Positions 1-9,579 of a stretch of DNA of 64,000 nucleotides are shown here, piece by piece. Source of the stretch: an uncultured Acidobacteriota bacterium (GTDB lineage Bacteria; Acidobacteriota; UBA6911; RPQK01; JAPXNP01). Position 1 is the stretch's first letter, and each line of letters opens with the position of its first letter. The translations under genes were made by a program, and so were the position numbers. Under the pieces are notes generated by a model. The model did no database searches and had not been told where the DNA came from. It was given only the letters and a program-made list of their open reading frames with translations. Location: positions 160,001 through 224,000 of the forward strand of contig CAVZRV010000011.1 of assembly GCA_963777605.1 (NCBI GenBank), given 5' to 3'.

Positions 1-21
1 GAGGGCTGTAACAGGAGAGAA

Positions 22-175
22 AATACCCCCGCTTTGCCGTGTGATCGCCGCAATGAACCTGGCGAACCAGGTGGGTTCTCTGCCTTCCCTCCCTCGGGAG
101 TGAAGGACTCCGAGATCCCGTTTCTTGAGTGTTGGCTCAATTACAGCTAAACCATCACCTGCATTGCAGGGGCCG
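22..175 (-). ncRNA. ssrS: 6S RNA
   Basis: Lies directly downstream of zapA, the usual synteny. The minus strand folds as a long rod: 5' CCCCUGC pairs with 3' GCGGGGG, GUGAU with AUCAC, then a central bubble, then UGAGCC with GGUUCA. A TACAAT -10 element sits at 181-186. Ends are approximate. Confidence 0.8.
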
Positions 176-206
176 GTTCAATTGTAAACCAAAAACCAGT
201 CAGCGC

Positions 207-506
207 TCAGCGAGACGAGTCGGACACGCCAGTCAATCGGTCGATCAGTCGCTCGATCCGAACGGAAAGATCACCGTCGATTAGATCGAGTTCCCGCCGG
301 GCGGTCAGGCATTCATCGGCGAGGTTGAGAGCAGCCAGAATAGCCACTTTCAACGTGTCCACCGTGGGCGTCAGTTCCGCAACCTCATTCATCTTTTGGT
401 CGAGCAATTCAGCCAGCTTCTGCACGTACTCCGGATCGCTGCAACGAACGTCATATGAGTGATTGAATATCTGAACTTTAGTGACCAATCCTGCCCTGTC
501 GTCCAT
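207..506 (-). CDS. zapA: cell division protein ZapA
   Basis: VQIFNHSYDVRC...LLDQKMNEV...VAILAALNLADE family motif; located between pheT and 6S RNA. Confidence 0.9.
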   Translation of the reverse strand: MDDRAGLVTKVQIFNHSYDVRCSDPEYVQKLAELLDQKMNEVAELTPTVDTLKVAILAALNLADECLTARRELDLIDGDLSVRIERLIDRLTGVSDSSR

Positions 507-534
507 CCCGGACCGCGCTCCACGATTCTCCCTG

Positions 535-789
535 CTATATAGGTTGCTCCAAAACAGAGATATGTTCCCTTATACGCTCTATCCGCCTGCCAATTTCAGC
601 ACGTTTCCGCTTCGACTCTTTCAGCTGCCTAGTTTTGGCCTCGTTATCCTGCTTCAGCCCCTCCAATTCCTCCAAGAGCTTTTCCGTACTAGCCCTGAGT
701 CGTGCGTTCTCCTGCCTCAACTCTTCGTGTTCGCGAGAGAAACGTTCCAGGATCCCTTCGAGTTCCTGAAGACGCTCTGTTACCTGCAA
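535..789 (-). CDS. ZapB-like coiled-coil protein
   Basis: All-coiled-coil 84-aa product upstream of zapA. TTG start at 789 with GGAGG 7 nt upstream; the 924 start in the ORF track overlaps pheT. Confidence 0.7.
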   Translation of the reverse strand: MQVTERLQELEGILERFSREHEELRQENARLRASTEKLLEELEGLKQDNEAKTRQLKESKRKRAEIGRRIERIREHISVLEQPI

Positions 790-859
790 ACCCAAACCTC
801 CAACTGTCCAGGTACCTCGCCTATGGCGATGGTCTTCAATCCCACCGGCGCGGACCGCC

Positions 860-2929
860 CTAGCGCATCTCAATCGCAAAACTCTCGCGGAGTCCTGCCA
901 CAGCCAAATCGCAGCGCTCGGCAATCTCGGCCTGGGTCAAAGTACGACCTGGCGCCTCGAAAGTTAAACGCACAGTTAGACTTACTTTACTTTGGGGAAG
1001 ACCAGAACCGTGATAGAGATCGATCAATCGAAACGCTTTAAGCTCAGGAATCTTGAGTGCCTGAACCTGCGAATCTATTTTATTGAACGACACAGTCTTG
1101 TCAAGCAAGAAAGACAAATCCCGGTAAACTGGCTGAAAGCGGGCGAGGCTTTCAAAATGCGGGGTTGCCAGCGGTTGCTGATAAAGCGCGTCCAGAGAGA
1201 GTTCGCAGTAGAACGCCCGGTCGGTGAGCTTGAACTCCTCCGCAAGTCGCGGATGAAACTCCCCCATGACGCCCAGGACATCTCCCGAATCTGAGCAGAG
1301 CCGGGCGGCCGCTCCAGGGTGCATAAATGGGACGTCGCTCGCCGGCATCCACACCACCGGGCAGTCAAATCGTTCGAGCAGAGCTTCGACCATTCCTTTG
1401 ACATGGAAGAAGTCCAACTTCTCGACAGATCGGCTCCAGTGGGGATTCAGGAAGTCACCAAGGGCGATCAGCGCCAGCATCGGCACCTGCACCACGCCAG
1501 GATCCGCCTCCCGACTGGGTCGATAGACGGCTCCAATCTCAAACAGGCGAATATTCCGGCTCCCGAAATTGAGGTTCCGCCGAACCGATTCCATCAACCC
1601 CGGCAGGAGTGTGCTGCGCAGGTGCGTGTCCAAGTCGGTCAGTGGATTGGCGAGAGCGACCAGATCCGGCTCGCGGCCCAGGAAATTGGCTTCGCGCTGT
1701 GGGTTCGAGAACGCATAGTTGGACGCCTGGAAGAACCCCATGTCCACCAGGGTGTCCTCCAGCAAGCGGTCGTGCCCGTCGGTTTCGTGTGCCTTACCTG
1801 CCTGCGGAGGTCGCGGATAGCTCGAAGGAATCCGCTCGTAGCCGATATGACGGGCGATCTCTTCAACCAGATCGTCCTCCACCCCAATGTCACGGCGGAA
1901 GCTCGGCCCCTTGACCACAAGAGCGTCGCCTTCAACCCTCCTTGGCTGAAACTCGAGTCGCTCCAGGACCTCCGAGGCATCGTTCAGATTAACATCGATC
2001 CCTAACACCTGCCGCACCCGCTTCTGACGAATCGTGAACTCTTCCGGGCGGTATGGAAGCGGATTGACATCGATCACGTCTCCGACACATTTGCTGCCGC
2101 AGTATTCCTCGATCAGCCGACAGGCCAGGTTCAACGCCTTAACCGGCATTTCGGGATCGGCGCCCCGTTCGAACCGGTACGAAGCTTCCGTTGACAGTCC
2201 CAGGCTTTTTGATGTCTGCCTGATCGAGCCGGGGTCGAAGTAGGCACTCTCCAGGAGAATCGTATCCGTTCCATCACCGATCTCGCTATCCTCTCCGCCC
2301 ATCACACCGGCAACCGCGACCGGGCGTGATCCATCACAGATCATCAACATGGACTCGGTCAACTCGCGGCCTACCCCATCCAGCGTCCGGATCCCTTCCC
2401 CGACACGGGCCCTCCGCACCACGATCCGACGGCGCTCAAGCTTGTAATAATCGAAGGCATGCAGAGGCTGCCCCAGTTCGAAGAGAATGTAATTGGTGAT
2501 GTCGACGACGTTGCTGATCGGCCGCTGGCCGACCGCTTCCAGCCGCCGTTTGAGCCAGTCGGGCGATTCTCCGATTCGAACCCCGGTCAGGACCCGACCT
2601 GAATACCGCGGACACAACTCGGGATCCTCGATTTCGATCGACATCGGAAACTCAGCCGTGCACGAGTCGTCGGTCTCGGGCGGAGTGAAGTCCGGAGCAC
2701 GCAACTTCAGACGGTACTGTGCCGCCAACTCGCGGGCGACCCCCAAGTGATTCAGACAGTCTGGACGGTTCGTTGTCACGTCGACGTCGAAAACGAAATC
2801 GTCTCCTGACGGCTCGACCAGGTCCACAGCCAGACCGACCATGGTCAAGGACCGCGCCAAGTCTTCCGGCTGCAGCCCCATGATGTCGATGTCCACAAAG
2901 GTCTGGAGCCAATTCAAGCTGATTTTCAT
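860..2929 (-). CDS. pheT: phenylalanine-tRNA ligase beta subunit (short form, no B2 OB domain)
   Basis: MKISLNWL, TTNRPDCLNHLGVARE, GQPLHAFD, EASYRFERG, C-terminal RDLSF anticodon-binding domain. Confidence 0.97.
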   Translation of the reverse strand: MKISLNWLQTFVDIDIMGLQPEDLARSLTMVGLAVDLVEPSGDDFVFDVDVTTNRPDCLNHLGVARELAAQYRLKLRAPDFTPPETDDSCTAEFPMSIEIEDPELCPRYSGRVLTGVRIGESPDWLKRRLEAVGQRPISNVVDITNYILFELGQPLHAFDYYKLERRRIVVRRARVGEGIRTLDGVGRELTESMLMICDGSRPVAVAGVMGGEDSEIGDGTDTILLESAYFDPGSIRQTSKSLGLSTEASYRFERGADPEMPVKALNLACRLIEEYCGSKCVGDVIDVNPLPYRPEEFTIRQKRVRQVLGIDVNLNDASEVLERLEFQPRRVEGDALVVKGPSFRRDIGVEDDLVEEIARHIGYERIPSSYPRPPQAGKAHETDGHDRLLEDTLVDMGFFQASNYAFSNPQREANFLGREPDLVALANPLTDLDTHLRSTLLPGLMESVRRNLNFGSRNIRLFEIGAVYRPSREADPGVVQVPMLALIALGDFLNPHWSRSVEKLDFFHVKGMVEALLERFDCPVVWMPASDVPFMHPGAAARLCSDSGDVLGVMGEFHPRLAEEFKLTDRAFYCELSLDALYQQPLATPHFESLARFQPVYRDLSFLLDKTVSFNKIDSQVQALKIPELKAFRLIDLYHGSGLPQSKVSLTVRLTFEAPGRTLTQAEIAERCDLAVAGLRESFAIEMR

Positions 2930-2950
2930 GGGAGCCTCGCAGGGAACCGC

Positions 2951-3982
2951 TTATCGAAACTGGCTCAGAAAGCGGAGATCGTTCTCGAAGAGCAGGCGGA
3001 TATCGTCGATCTGGTATTTGAAGAGCGTAATCCGGTCGATTCCCATTCCCCAGGCAAAGCCTGTGTAGCGCTCGGGATCGTACCCCACCCTCTGCAGAAC
3101 CTTCGGATGTACCATCCCCGCCCCGAGGATCTCGACCCATCCGGTACGCTTGCAGACCCGGCAGCCCGAACCGGAGCAAAACACGCAGCTGATATCAACC
3201 TCGGCACCGGGTTCGACGAAGGGGAAGTAGCTGGGACGGAGGCGCACTCGAACGTCGGCGCGGAAAAGCTCGCGAAAAAAGACCTCGAGAGTTCCCTTCA
3301 GATCCCCGAGCGTAATCCCCTCGTCTACAACAAGCCCTTCCACCTGGTGAAACATCGGACTGTGAGTCGCGTCCACCGCATCGCGACGAAACACTCGGCC
3401 TGGCACAACGATCCGAACCGGCGGCTCGCGCCTTTCCATCGTGCGGATCTGCACAGGAGAAGTGTGGGCCCTCAAAAGGAGGTTCTGGTCGAGATAGAAG
3501 GTATCCTGGTCGTCGCGGGCCGGGTGGCCCTGCGGGATGTTGAGCGCTTCAAAGTTATAGTAGTCGGTTTCCACCTCCGGCCCCACCACGACTTCGAAGC
3601 CCATTCGGACGAAGACATCCGACATCTCCCGCCACATTCTGGATATCGGATGAAGGGCACCCCGCTCAAACTCAAATCCGGGCAAAGTGACGTCGATCCG
3701 CTCTTCGGTGAGTCGGCTCGACTCCTCAACCTGACGCAGCTTTTCCTGGAGCTGTTCCAGCTCGTCGTCGACCTGCCCCTTGACCAAGTTGAGCAGTTGC
3801 CCCATCTGCGGGCGCTCGTCCGCAGGCAACTGACCCAGCTTGCGCATTTCCAAGGCCAGGAGGCCGCGCTGCCGACTAAGATACCGATCGCGCACCTCAG
3901 TCAACTGCTCCAGGCTTGAAACTCCCCTGAGATCTTCTCGGAAGGCGTCCAGGAGCGGGTGAGAAACCTCGGTCACAGCCAC
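2951..3982 (-). CDS. pheS: phenylalanine-tRNA ligase alpha subunit
   Basis: HPARDDQDTFY, HTSPVQIR, FHQVEG, YFPFVEP, GFAWGMGIDR. Confidence 0.98.
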   Translation of the reverse strand: MAVTEVSHPLLDAFREDLRGVSSLEQLTEVRDRYLSRQRGLLALEMRKLGQLPADERPQMGQLLNLVKGQVDDELEQLQEKLRQVEESSRLTEERIDVTLPGFEFERGALHPISRMWREMSDVFVRMGFEVVVGPEVETDYYNFEALNIPQGHPARDDQDTFYLDQNLLLRAHTSPVQIRTMERREPPVRIVVPGRVFRRDAVDATHSPMFHQVEGLVVDEGITLGDLKGTLEVFFRELFRADVRVRLRPSYFPFVEPGAEVDISCVFCSGSGCRVCKRTGWVEILGAGMVHPKVLQRVGYDPERYTGFAWGMGIDRITLFKYQIDDIRLLFENDLRFLSQFR

Positions 3983-4336
3983 CTACAGAGCCTGTCTTGC
4001 CGTCTCAGCCAGCCTCTCGAATCCCTTGGGGTCCCGGAACGCGATGTCGGCCAGAGCCTTCCGATTCAGCTCGACACCGGCAACCCGAAGCCCATGCATC
4101 AACTGGCTGTACGACAATTCAAACTGGTGAGCCGCAGCGTTGATGCGAATGATCCACAACCTCCGGAAATCGCGCTTCTTCTGGCGGCGATCCCGATAGG
4201 AATAGGCCATCGACCGCATCACCTGCTCTTTGGCAGCTCGGTGCAGCTTGCTCTTGGTTCCCCAGTAACCCTTGGCCTGCTGAAGAATCTTCTTGCGCCG
4301 TTTTACTCTCTTGTTGCCTCTTTTTACTCTCGGCAT
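3983..4336 (-). CDS. rplT: 50S ribosomal protein L20
   Basis: MPRVKRG...AKGYWG...[22 protein letters not shown]. Confidence 0.98.
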   Translation of the reverse strand: MPRVKRGNKRVKRRKKILQQAKGYWGTKSKLHRAAKEQVMRSMAYSYRDRRQKKRDFRRLWIIRINAAAHQFELSYSQLMHGLRVAGVELNRKALADIAFRDPKGFERLAETARQAL

Positions 4337-4351
4337 CGGTTTGCCCCACCC

Positions 4352-4543
4352 TTACATATTCAGCATCAACTTGACCCGCTTCTCGTCGCCGGAAGAGACT
4401 ACCGCCCACTTGGCCAAGTTTCGTTTTCGCTTTGATGACTTCTTAGTCAAGATATGGCTCGCATACGCATGGCGCCTTCGGATCTTCCCCGTACCGGTTA
4501 ATCGGAACCGCTTCGCCGCAGCCTTTTTCGTCTTCATCTTCAT
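4352..4543 (-). CDS. rpmI: 50S ribosomal protein L35
   Basis: [20 protein letters not shown]...[12 protein letters not shown]; position between infC and rplT. Confidence 0.97.
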   Translation of the reverse strand: MKMKTKKAAAKRFRLTGTGKIRRRHAYASHILTKKSSKRKRNLAKWAVVSSGDEKRVKLMLNM

Positions 4544-4663
4544 GACACAAATCTCCCAACCAGCCTCTTACCCTGGAAGAAGCAAAAGATGGATTGTACC
4601 AGAAAACAGGAAGCTCAGTGGAAGAACGGCCACCGAACCTGCGAGGCCCCTTCCCCGGGTGGA

Positions 4664-5173
4664 TCAGGCCTTCTTTGGTGTCAGAATCATGGTCATCGTG
4701 TAGCCGTCCAGTTTGGCCGACCGCTCAACCGCAGCGATTTCAGCAAGGTCGGCACACAGACGCTGAAGAATCTCGTACCCGATTTCCGGATGCGTCACCT
4801 CCCGCCCCCGGAACATCACCGTCGCCTTGACCTTGTTTTGCGAGTTGAGAAAACGGATGGCATGATTTCTCTTGAACTCGTAATCGTGATCATCAATCTT
4901 GGGCCGAAACTTCACTTCCTTGAGGACGACCGTCTTCTGATGCTTCTTTGCCTCGTGAGCCTTCTTGTTTTGCTCGTAGAGGTATTTGCCGTAATCCATG
5001 ATTCGGCAGACGGGCGGATTCGCCGTGGGAGCGACTTCGACCAGATCGAGTCCCTTGGAATCGGCCAACGGCCGCGCCTCGTCGGGCGTCATAATCCCGA
5101 GTTGCTCGCCGGCTTCATCGATTACACGGATTTCACGAGCCCGGATCTGATGGTTGACTCTAGTTCTGACGAT
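4664..5173 (-). CDS. infC: translation initiation factor IF-3 (non-canonical ATC start)
   Basis: The frame stays open 27 codons upstream of the ATG at 5092 and reads (I)VRTRVNHQIRAREIRVIDEAGEQLGIM. An AAGGAGG SD at 5181-5187 lies 7 nt before ATC at 5173. Internal motifs DLVEVAP, CRIMDYGKY. Confidence 0.95.
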   Translation of the reverse strand: MVRTRVNHQIRAREIRVIDEAGEQLGIMTPDEARPLADSKGLDLVEVAPTANPPVCRIMDYGKYLYEQNKKAHEAKKHQKTVVLKEVKFRPKIDDHDYEFKRNHAIRFLNSQNKVKATVMFRGREVTHPEIGYEILQRLCADLAEIAAVERSAKLDGYTMTMILTPKKA

Positions 5174-5268
5174 GCTTGCGCCTCCTTGAAAATTCTTCGC
5201 TGATTGTTTACCCCCGACTCACCCCGAAATGGGGCTCCAGGGTACGCTACACTATGCCCAAGTTATAT

Positions 5269-7071
5269 TTACGGTTTTACGGCCTTAGTATCAATCAATT
5301 TCTTGATGCCGGCGGCAAATTCGGAAATCCCCTGGGCACCGAGATCGCCCTCGCTGCGACTGCGGACGGAAACCGAGCCACTTTCGACTTCTTTATCCCC
5401 AACCACCAGCATGAACGGGATCTTCTTCATTTGGGCATCCCGAATCTTATACCCCAGCTTCTCGTTGCGGAGATCCGCCTTGACCCGAAGATCCTCGTCA
5501 CTCAATCGATTCTCGACCTGGACGGCAAATTCGTGATGCCGGTCCGCGATCGGGATCACGACAGCCTGGACCGGTGCGAGCCAAACCGGGAAAGCGCCAC
5601 CGTAATGCTCGATGAGCACTCCCATGAAGCGCTCCAGCGAGCCCAGCAGGGCACGGTGAACCATCACCACCTCGTGCTGCTTGGAGTCGGAACCCACGAA
5701 ATTGACCCCAAAACGCCCGGGAAGGTTAAAGTCGAACTGAAACGTGCTCAACTGCCAGGACCGGCCCAGTGCGTCGATCAACTGAACGTCGATCTTGGGA
5801 CCGTAGAACGCGGCATCCCCTTCGGCTCGCTGATACTCCCACCCCCGCTCGTTGAGGACTTCGACCAGAACTGACTCTGCATAGCCCCAGTCTTCCGGCT
5901 TGCCTGCGTAGTCATCAGAGCGAGCCGGGTCCCAGACCGAAAGAGTCACCTTGAACTCGTCAAAGCCAAAACTCTTCAGGATGCGGTCGGCCAGGTTGAG
6001 CGTGGCCTCAACCTCCTGCTTGACCTGATCGGGCCGGCAGAAGATGTGGGCGTCGTCCTGCGTGAACCCCCGGACCCGCAACATGCCGTGGAGGGTCCCC
6101 GATTTCTCGAATCGATAAACCGTTCCGAACTCCGCCAGGCGGATCGGGAGATCGCGATAGCTCCGAATATCCGACTTGTATATGAGGATATGTCCCGGGC
6201 AGTTCATCGGCTTCAGGACATATTCCTCCTCGTCTACCGGGAACGTGTACATGTTCTCCAGGAAGTAGTCGTAGTGACCGGAAATCTTCCAGAGTTCGCT
6301 CTTCGCTATGTGGGGCGTGTAGACGAACTCATAGCCGTTCTTCCGCAACTCGCTGCGCAGAAAGTCTTCGATCACCCCCCGGACGATGGCCCCGTTCGGG
6401 AGCCAAAAGATCAGTCCAGGAGCAACCTCATCCTCAATCGAGAAGAGACTCAACTCCCGACCCAGCTTGCGATGGTCGCGCTTGCGTGCCTCCTCCAGCC
6501 GGGCCAGGTAATCCTCCAGTTCCTCTTCCGTAAAAAAGGCGGTACCGTAGATTCGCTGAAGCTGCTCCCGATGCTCGTTGCCGCGCCAGTAGGACCCGGC
6601 TACCGACAGAAGGCGGAATGCTCCCAGTTCCTTCGTCGAACGAACGTGCGGTCCGGTGCAGAAATCGACCAGCTTTCCGAGCCGGTAACAGGACAGCACT
6701 TCGTTCGCCCTGTCCTCAATTAACTCCTGCTTGAGTCCTTCGCCCCGATCCTCAAAGAAGCGGATCGCTTCATCTTTCGAGATGATCGAGGGTTCGTAGG
6801 GAAGGTCTTCAGACTGCAATTCGCGCATCCGTTCCTCAATGCGACGCAGGTCTTCTTCCGCGAAACGATGCTCGGACTGAAAATCGTAGTAAAAACCGTC
6901 GCTCGTGGCGGGACCGATCCCGAGATGAGTGCCCGGAAACAGGTCCACGACAGCCAAAGCCATCAGGTGGGAACTTGAGTGGCGAAGCACTTCCAAGGCA
7001 GAGTCCCGATTGCCGAGGACATCGACGGTGCCATCACGGCGAACCACTTCTAGAGCCAGTTGGTCCTTCAT
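5269..7071 (-). CDS. thrS: threonine-tRNA ligase (N-terminal TGS domain essentially absent)
   Basis: Editing motifs HSSSH and DFCTGPH; RDHRKLG, KPMNCPGH, RVRGFTQDDAH, AFYGPKID, HRALLGSLERF. Start could alternatively be the TTG at 7083. Confidence 0.97.
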   Translation of the reverse strand: MKDQLALEVVRRDGTVDVLGNRDSALEVLRHSSSHLMALAVVDLFPGTHLGIGPATSDGFYYDFQSEHRFAEEDLRRIEERMRELQSEDLPYEPSIISKDEAIRFFEDRGEGLKQELIEDRANEVLSCYRLGKLVDFCTGPHVRSTKELGAFRLLSVAGSYWRGNEHREQLQRIYGTAFFTEEELEDYLARLEEARKRDHRKLGRELSLFSIEDEVAPGLIFWLPNGAIVRGVIEDFLRSELRKNGYEFVYTPHIAKSELWKISGHYDYFLENMYTFPVDEEEYVLKPMNCPGHILIYKSDIRSYRDLPIRLAEFGTVYRFEKSGTLHGMLRVRGFTQDDAHIFCRPDQVKQEVEATLNLADRILKSFGFDEFKVTLSVWDPARSDDYAGKPEDWGYAESVLVEVLNERGWEYQRAEGDAAFYGPKIDVQLIDALGRSWQLSTFQFDFNLPGRFGVNFVGSDSKQHEVVMVHRALLGSLERFMGVLIEHYGGAFPVWLAPVQAVVIPIADRHHEFAVQVENRLSDEDLRVKADLRNEKLGYKIRDAQMKKIPFMLVVGDKEVESGSVSVRSRSEGDLGAQGISEFAAGIKKLIDTKAVKP

Positions 7072-7115
7072 TATCGGTACCAAGATAAATTAATCGCTCG
7101 ATATGAGCAAAAAAA

Positions 7116-7190
7116 TGGTAGGCGCGAGCGGATTTGAACCGCTGACCTCTTCCGTGTCAAGGAAGCGCTCTCCCCCTGAGCTACGCACCT
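7116..7190 (-). tRNA. tRNA-Val (GAC)
   Basis: Minus strand AGGTGCGTAGCTCAGGGGGAGAGCGCTTCCTTGACACGGAAGAGGTCAGCGGTTCAAATCCGCTCGCGCCTACCA gives a full cloverleaf with anticodon GAC and encoded CCA. Confidence 0.97.
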
Positions 7191-7244
7191 ACGTTGGGGA
7201 TTCAGAGATTACCACACCGGGGTAGGGACATGTAAACCCGAGAC

Positions 7245-7286
7245 AAGAAAAGGCAGGAGCAGCAGTGAGATCGCCCAGCCCCTGCC
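7245..7286 (-). terminator. Rho-independent terminator after hup
   Basis: Minus strand GGCAGGGGC...GCTCCTGCC stem followed by TTTTCTT, 15 nt after the HU stop. Confidence 0.65.
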
Positions 7287-7301
7287 AAGTCCGAGCCGAT
7301 A

Positions 7302-7574
7302 CTAGTTGATGGCGTCCTTCAGGGCCTTACCAGGCGTGAACTTGGCCACCTGCTTGGCAGGGATCTTGATTGGCTTCCCAGTCTGGGGATTTCTGCCTTC
7401 CCGGGCGGAGCGCTTCGACGTGGAGAAGGTTCCAAATCCGACCAGAGTCACCTTCTTACCCTTCTTCAAGGCCTCGGTGATGGACCCGACCACGGAATCC
7501 AGCGCCGCCTGCGCTTCAGCCTTCGTGATCTTTGCATCGTTTGCAATCGATTCAACCATTTCCCCTTTGTTCAT
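7302..7574 (-). CDS. hup: DNA-binding protein HU
   Basis: MNKGEMVESIA...VTLVGFGTFS...REGRNPQTG...KFTPGKALKDA; SD AGGAGGAG. Confidence 0.96.
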   Translation of the reverse strand: MNKGEMVESIANDAKITKAEAQAALDSVVGSITEALKKGKKVTLVGFGTFSTSKRSAREGRNPQTGKPIKIPAKQVAKFTPGKALKDAIN

Positions 7575-7643
7575 TTCTCCTCCTTATCTGTCTCTGATTT
7601 CAAGCTGCTGGCGTGCCTTAAAACGCCCATAGTTTAGCAGATA

Positions 7644-8918
7644 TTATGCAGCTTCCCTCTGAATTTTATTACCTTCAGACCTGATTTTCTCCTGCAGATG
7701 AGAGACCGCTGCATCGAACTGCTGCTTGTCAATCGCTGAGTCCAGGCGGGCGTAAAAATCATCGCCCAACTCTTCATCCTCGGCCCCCGTCGAGTTGTCG
7801 AAGTAGAAGTTAGAAATGAACTCCCTGGCAGGGGACAAAACATCAGGTTCGAGTCCCGAGTCCCGATATTCCTCGGACTGAAGTGGCTTGCCGTCGGGTC
7901 GGACCAGCAACCCGGTTGAGAGGAACAGGTGTGCCCCGCTGCGCAGGATAAATTCGTGCTGGATGGAACCATGCCCATTCGATCGTTCTCCAACCGTATC
8001 GGCAATACCATTGTCTTTCAGCGCAGCCGCAAGGACTTCCGCCGGCCCACTGGTACCACCGTCAACCAGAATTACGACCGGAAGATCTTTCACTACAGGT
8101 TCCGACGTAGAGGAATAAACCGAAGTGTCACCCTTCCGGGTCTTGATGACGGAGATCTGCGCACCAACCGGAAGCAACGCGTCTGCCATTGCGACTCCTT
8201 CTTCGAGTTCCCCGTCTGCAGTCGACCTCAGGTCAAGCAAAATCCCCTTCGCTCCCGAGGACAGAAGCACTTTGATCTTGGTCTTGGCCATTTCAACCGA
8301 ACCCTTGTCGAAGTTGGGAATCCTCAAGTAGCCCAAATTCTCCTGAACGAGTCGAGCTGAGGGCACCTGGACGGGAGGAGTCGCCCGCTCCAGCGAAAGA
8401 TCCTGCGGTTCCGATCTCCGTGAGCGGATCACCCGAAGATTGACGGCCGATCCAACTGGACCCAAGAGCCGCCGCTCTGCTTCCCATACGCTCATCAGGA
8501 CGGTCGGTTGCCCTTCGATCGCTTCGATCATGTCCCCGGACCTCAGGCCATTCTCTTCAGCCGGACTGCCTTCCTCGACCGCCACAATGTAGGCATAGCC
8601 GTACCTTTTTGAAAGGGAAACTCCGATCTGCGCATCCCCTTTCGGCTGTGCCAGTGCCTCGTAGGTTTCCCCGTCGACGTAACTGGAGAACGGATCGAGG
8701 GCTTCCACCATCCCCTGAAGCGCGCCCTTGAGCGCTTTCTTCATGTCCGGGTTCTCAACGTAGTCGCGCTGGAGGTGATCGATCACCTTCGAAAACACGG
8801 CCAGATCGTCGTAGGCATCATCGCCGGCGGAGACTTTCTGCAGCACTCCCCCGACCAGACCGTAAGTGACGACCAAGGTGGACAATAGAAGAACGACTAA
8901 CTTGGTTTTTTCACGCAT
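7644..8918 (-). CDS. S41/CtpA-family PDZ protein, probably catalytically inactive
   Basis: N-terminal signal/anchor, LDPFSSY, PDZ (GSPAEENGLRSGD), GYLRIPNF, ILLDLR, PVVILVD, GLEPD. The catalytic motifs are altered (see findings). Confidence 0.85.
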   Translation of the reverse strand: MREKTKLVVLLLSTLVVTYGLVGGVLQKVSAGDDAYDDLAVFSKVIDHLQRDYVENPDMKKALKGALQGMVEALDPFSSYVDGETYEALAQPKGDAQIGVSLSKRYGYAYIVAVEEGSPAEENGLRSGDMIEAIEGQPTVLMSVWEAERRLLGPVGSAVNLRVIRSRRSEPQDLSLERATPPVQVPSARLVQENLGYLRIPNFDKGSVEMAKTKIKVLLSSGAKGILLDLRSTADGELEEGVAMADALLPVGAQISVIKTRKGDTSVYSSTSEPVVKDLPVVILVDGGTSGPAEVLAAALKDNGIADTVGERSNGHGSIQHEFILRSGAHLFLSTGLLVRPDGKPLQSEEYRDSGLEPDVLSPAREFISNFYFDNSTGAEDEELGDDFYARLDSAIDKQQFDAAVSHLQEKIRSEGNKIQREAA

Positions 8919-9141
8919 TTGATTAGACGCTGTCCTGATGAAGGATTTCAAAGATGACCGCTAATAGCTTATTCAATATCAGTCATTTCAAGCAAGCGCG
9001 AAGTCTCCCGCGCAAAATAACCAATACACCGGCGGCATTGTCCCGCTAGAATTATGGATGCTGAAAGTATTATTTGGTTGCCCTGTCTCACGGCAAAGCA
9101 ACCACAACAGAACCATGGAACGCGATCCGGCCGGGAATCAG

Positions 9142-9579
9142 ATGACGACCAGATTCAGTCGATGGATGGCCCTTGATGTAGGGCGGCGAAAGATCGGCGT
9201 GGCCCTGTCCGACCCCCTGAGAATCACGGCAAGCCCGATCGAGACGTTGATACGGGGGGACGAATCGGCGGTCCTGAACCGGATCGAGGAACTCGTTGCC
9301 AAGAACGAGGTGGAGCGTGTCGTCATCGGCCGCCCCCTCCGCCTGAATGGAGAGCGATCGGAAACCGTGGATATGGTGGAAGCCTTCGTCCAGAAACTCC
9401 GCGGTCAGATAACCGTTCCTGTCGAGTGGGCCGAGGAACGCCTCTCCAGCAAAGAGGCAGAACGAGTCATGTCCGAACTCAAAATCCCCGTCGCCGACCG
9501 CCGTCGCCGAAGGGACGAAGTAGCCGCTGCGCTGATTCTCCAGTGGTACATCGAGGAGCAGGGTGAAGCGCGCGCTTAA
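9142..9579 (+). CDS. ruvX: YqgF/RuvX-family pre-16S rRNA nuclease
   Basis: ALDVGRRKIGVALSDP, EERLSS, DEVAAALILQ; upstream of mltG. Start uncertain (9115 or 9142). Confidence 0.9.
   Translation: MTTRFSRWMALDVGRRKIGVALSDPLRITASPIETLIRGDESAVLNRIEELVAKNEVERVVIGRPLRLNGERSETVDMVEAFVQKLRGQITVPVEWAEERLSSKEAERVMSELKIPVADRRRRRDEVAAALILQWYIEEQGEARA

Noticed and set aside
5190-5268. L20-leader-type regulatory RNA between thrS and infC
   Set aside because: Only a short GCCCC/GGGGT hairpin is visible, which is not enough to support the call.
7116-7190. tRNA-Val as an island integration site
   Set aside because: It is flanked by thrS and hup, with no integrase and no duplicated tRNA 3' end noticed.
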